A DNA stretch of 62,938 nucleotides, the filler included, from Olpidium bornovanus S191 (Eukaryota > Fungi > Olpidiomycota): assembly GCA_017911155.1 (NCBI GenBank). It is 28 parts of 28 records of this genome, joined end to end, with 100 filler letters (N's around TTAATTAATTAA, not from the genome) between each part and the next. Parts side by side here need not be neighbours in the genome. Positions count along the whole stretch, not along the records: positions 10,809 to 13,752 come from JAEFCI010003957.1; positions 13,853 to 15,971 come from JAEFCI010008533.1; positions 16,072 to 18,071 come from JAEFCI010004129.1; positions 18,172 to 19,745 come from JAEFCI010004844.1; positions 19,846 to 21,190 come from JAEFCI010011378.1; positions 21,291 to 24,332 come from JAEFCI010008063.1; 22 more parts are not named here. One strand, written 5' to 3'. Position 1 is the stretch's first letter, and every line of letters starts with the position of its first letter. Positions 10,809-24,432 of the stretch are shown piece by piece. The position numbers and the translations under genes are program-made. The notes under the pieces were generated by a model. The model had not been told where the DNA came from, did no database searches, and saw only the letters and a program-made list of their open reading frames with translations.

Positions 10809-12801
10809 GACCGGGACGACGTGGATGAGGTTCCGCAGGTCGATCTCGAAATGCGCGCCGGATACGACGACCGCCAGCGTGACGTTGTCCGGGTTGAAGC
10901 TGAACTTGTCGTCGGGGAGCTGGAGCATGAGGTCCTGGGACCAGAACTTGTCCTGGTAGTCGATCGGGACGCCTGCCGCGAAGGTCAGAACGTTCGACGA
11001 CCGGATCGCCGCAGTGAGCGCGGCGACGTTCTGGGACGATGTCAGTTTGTTTTTGGGGGGGGGGGGGGGGGGGGGGGTTCTCCTCCCTGACCCGGGCGCC
11101 CCTCGCCCTATGTTCTCTCTAAACCCGGTCGCGCGTCCGGCGCGTTTCCGACGGTCAAGCGTGAACGAGGGAGATGCTGTCCTTTTTCCAATCTGCCCCC
11201 CTCCCCCTCCCCCCCCTCCCCCCCACATTTTCGCCTCCCTCCCCCCTTTTTCCCCGGCCGCAACAGCGAGAAAAATTCTTGCATTTGCGACTCGTTCTGT
11301 CGCCGTTACCTTCGTGCTCATGTGCATGTCCGTCGTCCCGGAGTCGACCGCGCACTTCGCCGCGTCCAGCCGCGTCATGCCGGCCACCTCCGCCCCGTTG
11401 ACCGCGAACGACTCCGCCGGCACGGTGTACCACTTCTGCTCGGTGATCGGCATCCAGGCGAACGCGGCGGAAGCGCGCGAGCTGTCGATCCCCCCGAGCC
11501 AGAAATTCCCGGTCTTGCCCGCGCCCCCTCCCGCCGACGCGGCGTCCGGCCAGCCGGGCACGTGCGGCGTTTTCGGCCGGCAGATCTCGACGGCGAAGCC
11601 GTCGGGCACGCCCGACAGGACGAGCCGGTCGATGGCCGTCGGCGAGGCCGTCGCCGTCAGCGCCCTGTACGCTGGATAAATGGGGCGGCGAGGAACGGGT
11701 CGCGGGAGGGGTGGGGAGGGAAGGGGGAAGGGGAAAAGGGGGGGAGGCGGGGAGTGTGTGGGAGCTGAGCGTTAATTCGGAACAAAAAGTTGGAAGGATA
11801 TTGCACGAGTATGAATTTTGTTTTCTGTTTTCCGCGTTTTTATGTTCGAGGTTTTTCTTTCCTCCGCCCCCCCTCCCCCCCCTCCCCGGCCCGACCTGTT
11901 CCCCAGATCCCCTGCGCCAACGGGCACGAGTCCTGGAAGAACCCGGCCTCCTCCAGTATGGCGGCGGCGTCCACCAGGACGCCGGTCTTGGCCAGCGGAG
12001 CCCCCATCGCCGCCGCCTCCTCCTCGGTGGCCGCCGCGCCCGGGAAGCTGACGACATCGGACAGGTAGCGGCCGGACCACATGGAAGAGAGCGACCCGGC
12101 GCCGTACCGCACCGTCACCTCCGCGCCGCCCGCGGCGCCCGCCGGCGGGTAGAGCGGGCGGGTCAGGTTGTCGCAGCCGCCGCACCCCTCCGCCGCCACC
12201 GCGAGATGCGACGACCCCGTGTCGAGGATGACCTCGAACTGCGCTAGTTTTTTGCGTTTTTTTTTTTTTTTTTTTTTTTTGGGGGGGGGGGGGGGGCGGG
12301 GAAAGGGGGGGGGGGGGGGGGGGGGGGGGGGGTAGGCGGTGGAGGCGGGGAGTAGGAGATACGAGCACAATAGGACTAGGTGGTCTCCATTGTCGAATGT
12401 TCCGTGGACTCCTTCGTGGCCCAGCCGGCTGTCGGCCATCACCTTCGCAGCCTTTACAACCTCAGCTGGCACAGCCCGCTTGTTTCCGGAAAATGCGCTC
12501 TCAGTCTCGGTGCAGAGTGTCGGCGTGACTTGGAGAAGGAATTTCAGATACAGTCTGAAATCCCAATCGGCGAAAGCCACCGTGGCCGTACGCGCCTGGC
12601 CGCAGGCGCGCTCAACTTCCAGAAAAGCTGCAATACGATCTTTCGGAATGGCTTGGGAACACACGAAGCTGTGAACAGCTTTCTCTGCACTTTATCTGTT
12701 GCAGGAAACTGGCGCGAAGGTTGGGATTGTTGGGATACTTGCTCCCCGCCGCAGAGCAGAACTAGAACGCAAAAGTAAAGGAAAAAGAAACTCCGCCACA
12801 C
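10809..12801 (-). CDS. Pepsin-family (A1) aspartic protease, BACE-like, 3' partial
   Basis: Two catalytic motifs, FEVILDTGSSHLAVA and CAVDSGTT; flap VTVRYGAGS; GNFWLGGID; ITEQKWYTV. Core exons lie in 12244-10809. The 5' limit and a signal-peptide-like stretch (12801-12750) are uncertain. Confidence 0.85.
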
Positions 12802-12829
12802 AACAGGTTATGAGCCCAAGGCTCCGCTG

Positions 12830-13315
12830 ACCGCGCAGCCATTCTTCGCCTCCGCCGCCGCGTAGCCCGCCGCCGCCACCGCCGCGCACCTCGCCTTCAC
12901 CGTCGCGCATCCTTCGCCTCCGCCGCCGCGTAGCCCGCCGCCGCGCCGCGCAGCCCGCCGCCGCCACCGTCGCGCGCACCTCGCCTGCGCCGTCGCCGCG
13001 CCCCGCGCTTCGGCTCCGCCTCCGCCTTCCGCCGTCGCCGCCATCGCGCTTCGGCTCCGCCCTCCGCCGTCGCCGCGCGCCACGCGCTTCGGCTACGCCT
13101 TCCACCGCCGCCGCGCGCCACGCGCTTCGGCTACGCCTTCCACCGCCGCCGCGCGCCACGCGCTTCGGCTACGCCTTCCACCGCCGCCGCGCCACGCGCT
13201 TCGGCATCCGCCTTCGGCTCCGCCTTCGCCGTCGCCGCCATTGCGCTTCGGCTCCGCCCTCCGCCGTCGCCGCTCACCCGCGCTTTGGCTCCGCCCCGGC
13301 TCCGCCTTCACCTTG
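12830..13315. repeat. GC-rich degenerate minisatellite
   Basis: About 3 near-perfect copies of the 38-mer cacgcgcttcggctacgccttccaccgccgccgcgcgc at 13081-13200, flanked by variants (gcgcttcggctccgcc, ccgccgcgtagcccgccg). The unit length is not a multiple of 3. Confidence 0.85.
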
Positions 13316-13328
13316 GTCGCCTAACACC

Positions 13329-13752
13329 ATGGACGACTCATCAACCAAAGAACAACGCAACAGAGGAGTCACAATCCGCAGGTCAAACCCAGCATTTGAC
13401 CCAAAGCGTGACCTTTGTGAAGGGGATGACATGGCAAGACATACAGAGCTTGTGAGAGCTCAGTTTGCTGAAGAACTTCATGAAGTTCAAGAAAAAGAAC
13501 GCCTAGAAAGAGCAAAAGAACGTGCAGAAGACCTTGTTACAATTAACCAACTAACAGCTTTTGTTCAGCAACTCACCACACAGTTAGCTCAAACAAACGA
13601 AGCCAAAGAAAGACCTGAAGATGAAGATGCACATTCTGTCATTTCATCAAAAAGCAATGCCAGTGCCTGCCACAGGCTGCCGTCTTCTGTTGGTGGCTTC
13701 ATCCAAAATAACGGTAACAATATAGGTGAACGACTCACTCATGTTACCCACA
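13329..13752 (+). CDS. A-rich coiled-coil ORF, 3' truncated; possibly retroelement gag-like
   Basis: ATG-initiated, 141 codons open to the contig end, E/Q/K-rich helical segment, abrupt composition change from the flanking GC-rich DNA. No diagnostic motif. Confidence 0.4.
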
Positions 13753-14799
13753 NNNNNNNNNNNNNNNNNNNNNNNNNNNNNNNNNNNNNNNNNNNNTTAA
13801 TTAATTAANNNNNNNNNNNNNNNNNNNNNNNNNNNNNNNNNNNNNNNNNNNNCATGGAAATTCGCGGGAATTCTTTTCAAGTTTTGACGGCTTACCGGAA
13901 AACCGCTCGCGCTCGCAGCAGAGGGCTTGGCGGCGGCGCAAGTGAAGGTACGCTGCAAGGTGTGTGTGTGTGCAAACCACCCTTCAACAAACGACGATAC
14001 CTTGGGAGGGGGGAGGAGCAAATGCGGTTGACTAGATACGGAAGCGCACCTTGGCCGGCCGAATAGCACGCAGCAGCACGCCGTGTCGCGCGTGCATCGT
14101 TTGTGGCGAAAAGAGCGGGTCGGCCGGGGGCGCCACGTTCCCGGCGCCTGCGATGAAAGCAGCCACGGAGGGGAGAGAAGGAGGGGGCGGCCCGTCCGGG
14201 ATCCGAGACAAGAGCTAGAGGAAGACTCGCCGCCCCGCGCCTCTCCACGCTCGCCTCCCGGTCGTTTTGACCGCGCGCGACGGAAAGGCGAGAGCGTCCG
14301 CGGGCTCCCCTTGCGCGCACTTCTCTCTCCCCTTTCCTCGCCCAAGCCTCGGCGAGTTTTCCCTGCCAGGCTGTGAGTTAAATTACAAGGCTACTCAGCC
14401 GGGCCGGAATCCCGCGCCCCCGTTGTGCTTGCCGAAGGGGGGGGGGGGCGTGGTGTGGGGACAGCCCTCCCGCCCGGCACCCCGCCCGCCCGCCCCCCTC
14501 CTTTTCTTGCCCACGCATTTTCCCCGCTTCGCTCGGCGTTCTTGCCGCGGGCGGCTTCGCCTGCGCAACTACGGGGCGCCGACGGGATCACCAGTGGGGC
14601 CGTCGGCAGTTTTGCCCCTGACGCGACCGGTGGGGGGGGGGAAGGGGGACCGATGCCCCCGCCGACGCGACTGGCGGCCGGAGGGCCCGCCGTGCTCTGC
14701 ATCTGGTGCGACCTCCTGAAGAATGCAGTGCCAGAACTTATAGGCAGCACTGGATGGTTGCTAAGGTGGCGCCGCTACTCGGATTTGCTTCCCCGATGG

Positions 14800-15971
14800 C
14801 TCCGTGCTGGGGGTGCGTTTCGGCAGAGGGGAAATTCAGAAAATTCTGGAGGTACGAGACCATAGACACGGATCACCAGCGCCAGGGCCAAGCGGAAAAT
14901 CCGGCGGTACCTGGCCATGTTGTGCACGGTTTGCCGCGCGGGCTAATCCGGAATATGCTTGGAACGAACTGTGCCACATGGGCGCAGAGGCACCTCCGAG
15001 TGCCGGCAGTTGGGGGTTCGACAGCCAGGTGAGTGACCGGGCAATGGTTTGGCATGTCGAGGCATGTTGCCGTTTTGTGATCTGCGCGAGTGGGACGCGG
15101 GGGCGGACGGGGGCCCATGCGGGGTCCGCGGGCTGTCAGGTGACGTGTCAGCAAGGGAGGCTTACCCGTATGAGAAGTGGACGCGTGTCGATGCCGCGAC
15201 TGCGGTGATCGAGCCAAAGGATTCTCATGCATGCGGGTTATCCGGTGCGCCAGCGGGCACCGGACGAGGATGCACCGATGGAGGAGGAGAAACGGGCGTT
15301 CGTGGACGCGATGGGAAGGCGTGCACACCGGGGACCAAAACGCTGGCACCAAAGCAGGGGGCCCAGAGGGCGGCTGCGGAGCGAGGTGCAGTCGGGCTTT
15401 AACGTCGGCGCCCGTCGGGGACTGGTTTCTCCACCAGGAAGTCATAATGACCTGGGCGGAGTTCCTTGTGGTGTGTGCGGAAGGGCCGGGCGGTGTTCCA
15501 CATCACCGATGGGTGTCATGCGCAGGATGGCGAGTGCTATGCGAACACTCAACCGGCGGCGACCATGGTGTGGTTTGAAATGGATGAGGAGGAGGATGGC
15601 CCGCAGGCGCTGCCGGCAGCGAGCGACCTGTCGCGTACGATCGCGAGGTTGCCGTTACGGATCACTGAGGTCGGCAAAAAAAAAGCAGCCCAAGCGGCCG
15701 ATGTTTGCAGCGGGCGCGCTGCATATGACGGGGAGACTACAGTTGATGGACTGCACCACACCAGTGAGGTGGTCTGGGAGTGTCCAGCGTCAGGAACGCG
15801 AACTTAGGTTCCTGCCCTGAGTTGATTGGTGATGCCCTGGTTGATTCGGGTTGTGAAACCAGCCTCGTCGAGTTGGTTCTGGTTGAAGCGGCGTGGCTGG
15901 AATATGCGACTTTCCCCTGGGCGGACCTCTCGCACTGCCCTTGGCAGGGAACTACTGATGTACGGGACATG
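14800..15971 (+). mobile_element. Degenerate Ty3/Gypsy-like gag-protease remnant
   Basis: Retropepsin motif DALVDSGCETSLV near 15830 and a gag-like DWFLHQEVIMTWAEFL near 15420-15470. Several frameshifts and stops lie between them. Confidence 0.6.
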
Positions 15972-16071
15972 NNNNNNNNNNNNNNNNNNNNNNNNNNNNN
16001 NNNNNNNNNNNNNNNTTAATTAATTAANNNNNNNNNNNNNNNNNNNNNNNNNNNNNNNNNNNNNNNNNNNN

Positions 16072-17988
<1,917 letters not shown>

Positions 17989-18171
17989 GTCGAGACGCGA
18001 CGCGCCATCCGAAACGGCCGGCCGCTGAGGAGGTCAGCGGTCTATTCGACTGCGGTATGGCAAGATGGCAGNNNNNNNNNNNNNNNNNNNNNNNNNNNNN
18101 NNNNNNNNNNNNNNNTTAATTAATTAANNNNNNNNNNNNNNNNNNNNNNNNNNNNNNNNNNNNNNNNNNNN

Positions 18172-19745
18172 CGCCAGCAGCCCCTCGCAGGTGATGTGCC
18201 GCGAGCTAGCCCGCCAGGCGACTGAGATCGGGTCGGGGCTGAGCGGAGGCAGCATCGTTGCCATCGCGAGGTCCGCGTTCGCCGTCGTCATGGCGGCGGC
18301 GCCTCCGCCCACCGCGCCCAGCAGTACCTGCTGCGCTCTAGGCACGTCCGCGCTGAAGCGCCCGACCTGCGGGATGGCCGGCGCGGGCGATATCTGCGCC
18401 CTTTGGGGGCCCGAGCCCCCCAAACCAATCTTCTGGCTGCTGAAACCGGTGGTCCCAGCCACCACCCCGGCCCGCGCGAGCTTAACGTCGACCGCTTGGC
18501 CCTTCCTCGACGACGGCATCTGGATCGCCGTCGCCTTGGCGGAGCGCACGCTCTCCTCGGCGATGGCTACCTCTTCCTCCTCGTCGTTGAAAATCCGGTC
18601 GGCCTCTTTTTTCTTTTTCAGGATGATGTCGATGTACCCGGCGATCAGCTGCGAGATCGCTTCGCCTTCCGCGGTCTGCACGCTGTAGTACGCGTCGGAA
18701 TAGTCCCCAAAGTCCAAGGTGAAAGTCTTCGGCGACGCGGCCCACCGCCGCAATGTGGTCAACGGCCACGTTTGGAGGATGTCTTTCGTCTCCGCGTCCA
18801 TCCTCAACACGGACTCCCGGGTGACTCCAAGCAAAACGGAGACCATCTTGTTTTTTTTTGGATCTCGTTCCTTTCGCATATTCGGAAAGCACGGTCACCG
18901 TCCAAGCGAGGTTGGAAATCAATATAGTTTTTTTTTTGGCAAAATCACAAACCGGGCACGGAAACTCCCTACCTTCACTTCAAAAAACGTGACACCGTAC
19001 GTCTTCAGAGACCTGCACAATTGGACGTAGCGAAACTTGCCGTTCAGCTCCGTCATCCCCTGGAGCTTGCGATGCTCTTGGAAAATTTTTTTTTCCACGT
19101 CCTTCTTTCTTCGGTATTCTTCCGGAACAAACTCTTTAAGGCTTTTTTTTTTCACCGCCGGGCGAGGGGCGTGGGAGGGCGGGGGGGTCAGGCTGTTTTG
19201 TTTTTGTGTGGAAACCCCCGGCGGAAAAGCGCGTAAAATTCGAACGACACATTCAATTTTCCGACTCACTTTAAGAACCCGGGTTTGTGCTTGTCGGGGG
19301 CGTGGTTCCCGTGCTGGACCTGGCATTGAATGGCGGCGAACAGGCAAGCCTCGTCGTACGTGCAAGGGTGCTCCCCGACGACGATCGCGTTGACCGACTG
19401 GTTGTACAGCAGGTTGAGCTGGATGGGATCGTTCCTGTCGACGTTTTGGTCGCTGAAAAAAAACTTCTTTTTGAGGAAGAGCGCGTCGTTGTCCTTGATG
19501 TGCTGCTCCGGCAGCGTCTTCTCGGGATTCAGCCACCTGGCTGGGAAGAACGTCCCGCGGACCGTCAGATATGTTCCTGCTACGCAAAAACCAAAATAAC
19601 CGCCGTTCTTGATAACCTACACTCCTCATATTCTTTCGCGCCCTTTTTCTTTATGGTGCCTTCTTTGGCGGTTCCGAGGCTGGCGCCGAGTTCCGGCATC
19701 AGCGAGTATTCCTCCGGGTTGGCGATGCCTGAAATACCCCACCCC
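18172..19745 (-). CDS. TLN: Talin, N-terminal FERM head and start of the rod, partial
   Basis: LKKKFFFSDQNVDRNDPIQLNLLYNQ, AAIQCQVQHGNH..DKHKPGFL, KFRYVQLCRSLKTYGVTFFEVKE, WPLTTLRRWAASPKTFTLDFGDYSDAYYSVQTAEGEAISQLIAGYIDIILKKKK are talin-specific F1-F3 signatures. Confidence 0.95.
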
Positions 19746-19845
19746 NNNNNNNNNNNNNNNNNNNNNNNNNNNNNNNNNNNNNNNNNNNNTTAATTAATTA
19801 ANNNNNNNNNNNNNNNNNNNNNNNNNNNNNNNNNNNNNNNNNNNN

Positions 19846-19875
19846 CATGTGACCAGCTTGGCCGCAGTTGTAGCA

Positions 19876-19906
<31 letters not shown>

Positions 19907-20614
19907 TTGCGCGGCTCGCTGCAGTCGCGGGCCATATGGCCGGTCTGATTGCAGTTGTAACAAGCGCGGTCGCCGCCGTATCCTGAACGACGGAATAACC
20001 CGCGGAAACAATTAGCAACCGCCAGAGCTGGCGTGCGAACGCCCTTAACTCACAACCAGATACGTACCTCCGCCGCCTCCGCTGTAACCGCCGCCGCCGC
20101 CGTATCCTCCGCCGCCGTAACTGCCTCCGCCGGAGTTGTAGCCTCCACCACTGTAGCCGCCTTTATTGCACAAAAAGGTAAGACCATACTTGACTCAGCA
20201 AAGCTGCCAGTACACCACAAATACACGGGCCTCCCCCCATTCCCGCCCCTTTAAAAAACAAAAACTTTGAGGTACGCGTGGATAGCGCGCGTAACTACGC
20301 TACTTCCCCCCGCCATAACCGCCTCCGCCTCCGCCTCCACCGTATCCGCCGCCACCGCCGCCGCCGCCGGTCCTCTCGGACGCGATATCAATTCTCAAGG
20401 CTCGGCCCTCGAGCTCCTTGCCGTTAAGATCGGACATGGCCTTCTGAGCGTCTGCCTCGTTGGCAAACTTGACGAAACCGAAGCCGCGAGACCGCCCTGA
20501 AATCCGGTCGACGACAACTTCGGCCTCTTCAACCTGCCCAAACGGCTCAAACTCGGACTGGAGCTGGGCGCTGGTCACGGCCCACGCAAGGCCCCCCACA
20601 TAAAGTCGGCTCAT
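19846..20614 (-). CDS. Glycine-rich RNA-binding protein: RRM + Gly/Tyr-rich linker + CCHC zinc knuckles, 3' partial
   Basis: RNP2 LYVGGL and RNP1 RGFGFVKF; GGY repeats over two exons; [14 protein letters not shown] and [10 protein letters not shown] at 19846-19975. Confidence 0.9.
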
Positions 20615-21153
20615 GACAGGCTTGGTCTGGGTTGCAATCGACCGGAGAAAGCGGACGCAAGGTAAGTGCGGCGCGTCACATCAACGTGCACGGCGAAGTC
20701 AGGAAATGCCACGGGACGTAAGCCGCGTCTTCAGATGGGAGAGGCAGAGACACGAAAATCCGAGACAGCCACCTCCGACAACATGGACTTGGGAGGGAGT
20801 CCCGGCCGTCTCCTCCTCCGCGTCAGCTGTTTATCAACGGCGTCCCTTCCCCCCCCCATGCGGCCCCCTCCCCCCTCGGACTCCGCGTCCAGGAAAACGA
20901 CTTCGATGACAGGCAGCGCCAGGTTCGGGCGCGGCGCGGCGGGAGTCGGGAGGGAGGGGGAGGAAGTGGGGGGCGGGGCTGGGCTGCCTGGCGCCGCCCA
21001 TCCGGGCTCGCGCCAACGACGTACCGTAATAACCTGTCTCTCGGAAGGGTGGGGAGGTCGGGCAGGGGAGAAGGGGGGGCGGTGTTGTTTTGGGTCCCCA
21101 AAGGGGCGCGGAACGGGGGAGCCAGGCGGGAGTAGGCGGCGGCGGTCCCCGGG

Positions 21154-21190
<37 letters not shown>

Positions 21191-22217
21191 NNNNNNNNNN
21201 NNNNNNNNNNNNNNNNNNNNNNNNNNNNNNNNNNTTAATTAATTAANNNNNNNNNNNNNNNNNNNNNNNNNNNNNNNNNNNNNNNNNNNNCATGAAACGT
21301 GTCCGTGGAGTTGTTCCGGTGTGGATAACTCCATATGGACTCGTGCTTCCCAAAATGCCTTTTGTCTATTGCATTAATGGAATTGTATTATTGAGCGCTA
21401 ATCAAATTTTTTGTCGTTCGTAATCTCTCTGTGTCTCTCGCTGGAGCAATTCCGCAAAGGAGTTCATCGCGCCTGGAGTAAGGTTAACGTCCCCGCCAGG
21501 TCCATCTACACCGGTGTCACCATCAAACAACAGTCGGGTGCGCCGGAGTCTGTTAAACGCTACTCGCCCGCGCTCCATCCAGGCGCCGAAAACTCTTCCA
21601 AGCTGCGTCAACGTAACCGACGAGGGTGTCGCGGACGCTGCTACCGGCACAGGCGGACCGACTGATTATAAGATCACGCATCGTAAATGGCGACATTATG
21701 AATGAGTTTGCGAAGGCAGTATTCGTGGCATTCACCGCAGCTCAATCCCAGTCAGGCCTGAAAGCCAAATTTGAGGACGCCGTCCCCAAAAAAAAAAAAA
21801 AGAGAAAGAGAGAGAGATACGGGCGAGCACGATGGCGGCAAGAGAGAGAGAGAAATAGAGAGAGGGGAGCGCGCTGTTGTGAAGAAAAGACAACACAAGG
21901 GAAGAAAAGGGAATGCCTCGTGGCGGAATTCCAAAACTCGTCGACCAAACTCCAAATAACCAGCCTAGAAATCCTCTCCTCGTCTTGTCCCTGGCAAGTG
22001 ACCGGCGGGACGCGTCGTGAAAGTCTTTTCCTTCACCCTCCCCGTGCGAGAAATAATTTACCGCGACGACGCGCACTCCTCTTTACGCTCGGCCGAACGA
22101 AAACCCCTGCACGCGCAAAAGAAACATCGAAAACGGAGGCGGAAGGTCCTGCGAATAGAAGGCCCCGTGCCGCCGTCAGAACTGCCTGCGAGTTCTGCAA
22201 CAGCGCGCGACAGCGGC

Positions 22218-22222
<5 letters not shown>

Positions 22223-22272
<50 letters not shown>

Positions 22273-22360
22273 AAGAAAAGAAAAGAAAAAGATAAAGAAA
22301 AAGATAAAGAAAAAAAGATAAGAAAAAGATAAAGAAAAAAAAAGATAAAAAAAGATAAAG
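22223..22360. repeat. (GA)n microsatellite followed by an AAAGAT-type low-complexity tract
   Basis: Read directly. Confidence 0.95.
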
Positions 22361-23865
22361 CCAGCGGCAGCAAAAAGAAAAAGGATGCTTCAGCGGTTCT
22401 GACTAATTGCCCATCTCCGGTAGCCGATGAAGGACCCCTTCCGAGCATGTTCAGTTGTAACATGATTCCTGACATGGAACTGTTGGATCTCAGCAAGGGC
22501 TGACCAAACCTGAGTAGTTCTGAGGTCCTTTAAAACGCCTTGAAAAGCATCCTAAACGAGCCTGGAGGTATCTTTGTCTGGTCTCCCTGTGAGGAGCAAT
22601 TACAGTTTGAAGTCAAATCTCGGGTTCTGAATCTTAGTCTGAATATACACGCTGTCGTGAAGAACAACAGTACGGACCGGAACAGAGGCGAAGAAAGAAG
22701 AACCTTAGAAGCGTCGTAACACGCACCGCGTACTGTAGTGTGCTGTGCAATAAGAGTTGCTATAGATAGATTCCGTCTCCGTCTGCGGGGGATTGGACAG
22801 GAGCAGTAGCTTGGGACCCAGTTCTGCAGGGGTGCAAAAAAGAACGCGAGTCCGGCGCAGGGAGAACTCTCTCACAAACGTCTCCCTCGACTTCCCCCCC
22901 GCGGCTCTCCATGGTTTCGCCCCCCCCCCCCTTCGCCCTTTCCCCTCGTTGCTCTTGGTCCGAGCGGAGCACGCGGCAATTCAGCGAACCGCCGCACCAG
23001 AGGGAATCTCGCGCGGGATGCGCGTCGCGACTTCCGAACCGACGCGTACGAGCGAGACAAGGAACGGCACAGGAAGCGGAGGCGCAAGCGCCTCGGAGAC
23101 ACGTGGTTGTGCGGCACCGCCTGTCGAAAAAGGCGGAAAGGGCCGGCAGACGGTCGGGAGGGGCTTTCCAACGAAGGAGAATTTCCGGTGAGGGTGCAGG
23201 GTGTGCGTCCTTCAGTTCCACACTCCGGGGAGAATGGCTCTTCGGTGGGGTAAAACAGTAGAGATGTGGACGTCAACGGAAGGCTGGCGAAAACGGACAC
23301 GGAATACGGAATATCCCACAGTGCAGGAGAGCAGAGATATGCTCTCATTGCGAGGTTTACATTACAAGGCGGTCTAGCTGTAGTGGAAGAGGGTCGCGTG
23401 ATGGCCAATAGCTGTCACGGTTGGCGCATCTCCCCCCTCCCCCTTGAGATCATTTCGATGACAACAAGGGACCGAGACAACCCCAAAAGACTGCCGATGC
23501 CCACGGAGATCGTCCCCGGACCTGCCATCTACCGATTCCAGAATGATCGCCATGACGTCTCCCCATCCAATCAGCGACGAACGCAATGACCAGTAAAATA
23601 AGATTTGGATGGAAGAGACTGAAGTTAAAACGGCTATCGGTTAAAAAAAAAATAAAAACCGGGGCCGTCCGTCCTCTGCAGTTTCCAGGGTCAAAAGGGT
23701 TACACTGAAACAGTGTCCGAGGTTTGGTGAACCCGCACTGTGACCATCGTACGGTGCGGGGCGGGTCGATCCATATAAGCTAGCGGTCACGCCGGCGCTG
23801 CGCGTTGGCAGAATTTTCTTTTAGCCAGGTAACAGATCAAATTTTTTTTTTTTTTTTTCCCGCCG

Positions 23866-24126
23866 TCAAGAATTCTCGTCGTCACAATCGCTCGCGATCG
23901 CGGTTGCGGACTTTGGCCGCTTCCGCGAATGCGGTGCCACGGACACAGTGTTCTTGCCAGAGGAAGTTTCCTCGCTGCCGTTGGACAGCCTTTTCATTAC
24001 CGGCTGGCGGGGCTCGTCGGCGGCCTGGAGCCTCTGCTGGGCGAGGTACCGCTCGTGCGCCGCCACGGACTGAGGAGTTTGGGGGTTTCGCCCGAGGGGA
24101 GGGCGGCGGCGCGGTACGACAGACAT
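23866..24126 (-). CDS. Hypothetical exon
   Basis: Open frame with a plausible composition (AHERYLAQQRLQAADEPRQPVMKRLS...). No family recognised. Confidence 0.25.
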   Translation of the reverse strand: MSVVPRRRPPLGRNPQTPQSVAAHERYLAQQRLQAADEPRQPVMKRLSNGSEETSSGKNTVSVAPHSRKRPKSATAIASDCDDENS

Positions 24127-24228
24127 TGGGGGCCCCCGCGTCGAAAGAAGGAAAAGCGAATGGAACGTGCGGAAAGCGAAGTGGTTCGGGGGAAGAAAAG
24201 GGACGGGAGGGAGGCGGAGGAAAAGGAA

Positions 24229-24263
<35 letters not shown>

Positions 24264-24279
24264 GAAAAAAAAAAAAAAG

Positions 24280-24318
<39 letters not shown>

Positions 24319-24432
24319 AAAAGAAAAAAAAANNNNNNNNNNNNNNNNNNNNNNNNNNNNNNNNNNNNNNNNNNNNTTAATTAATTAANNNNNNNNNNNN
24401 NNNNNNNNNNNNNNNNNNNNNNNNNNNNNNNN

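Noticed and set aside
14704-14722. TGGTGCGACCTCC after CA as a primer-binding site for the Gypsy remnant
   Set aside because: I cannot match it to a tRNA 3' end, and no LTR pair is visible.
21291-21780. Minus-strand frame (RLRRTRLLFDGDTG...) as a transposase or pseudogene
   Set aside because: No catalytic motif recognised in any frame.
24167-24332. Poly-K, poly-F, poly-G and poly-P peptides in many ORFs
   Set aside because: These are translations of homopolymer runs in introns or at contig ends.
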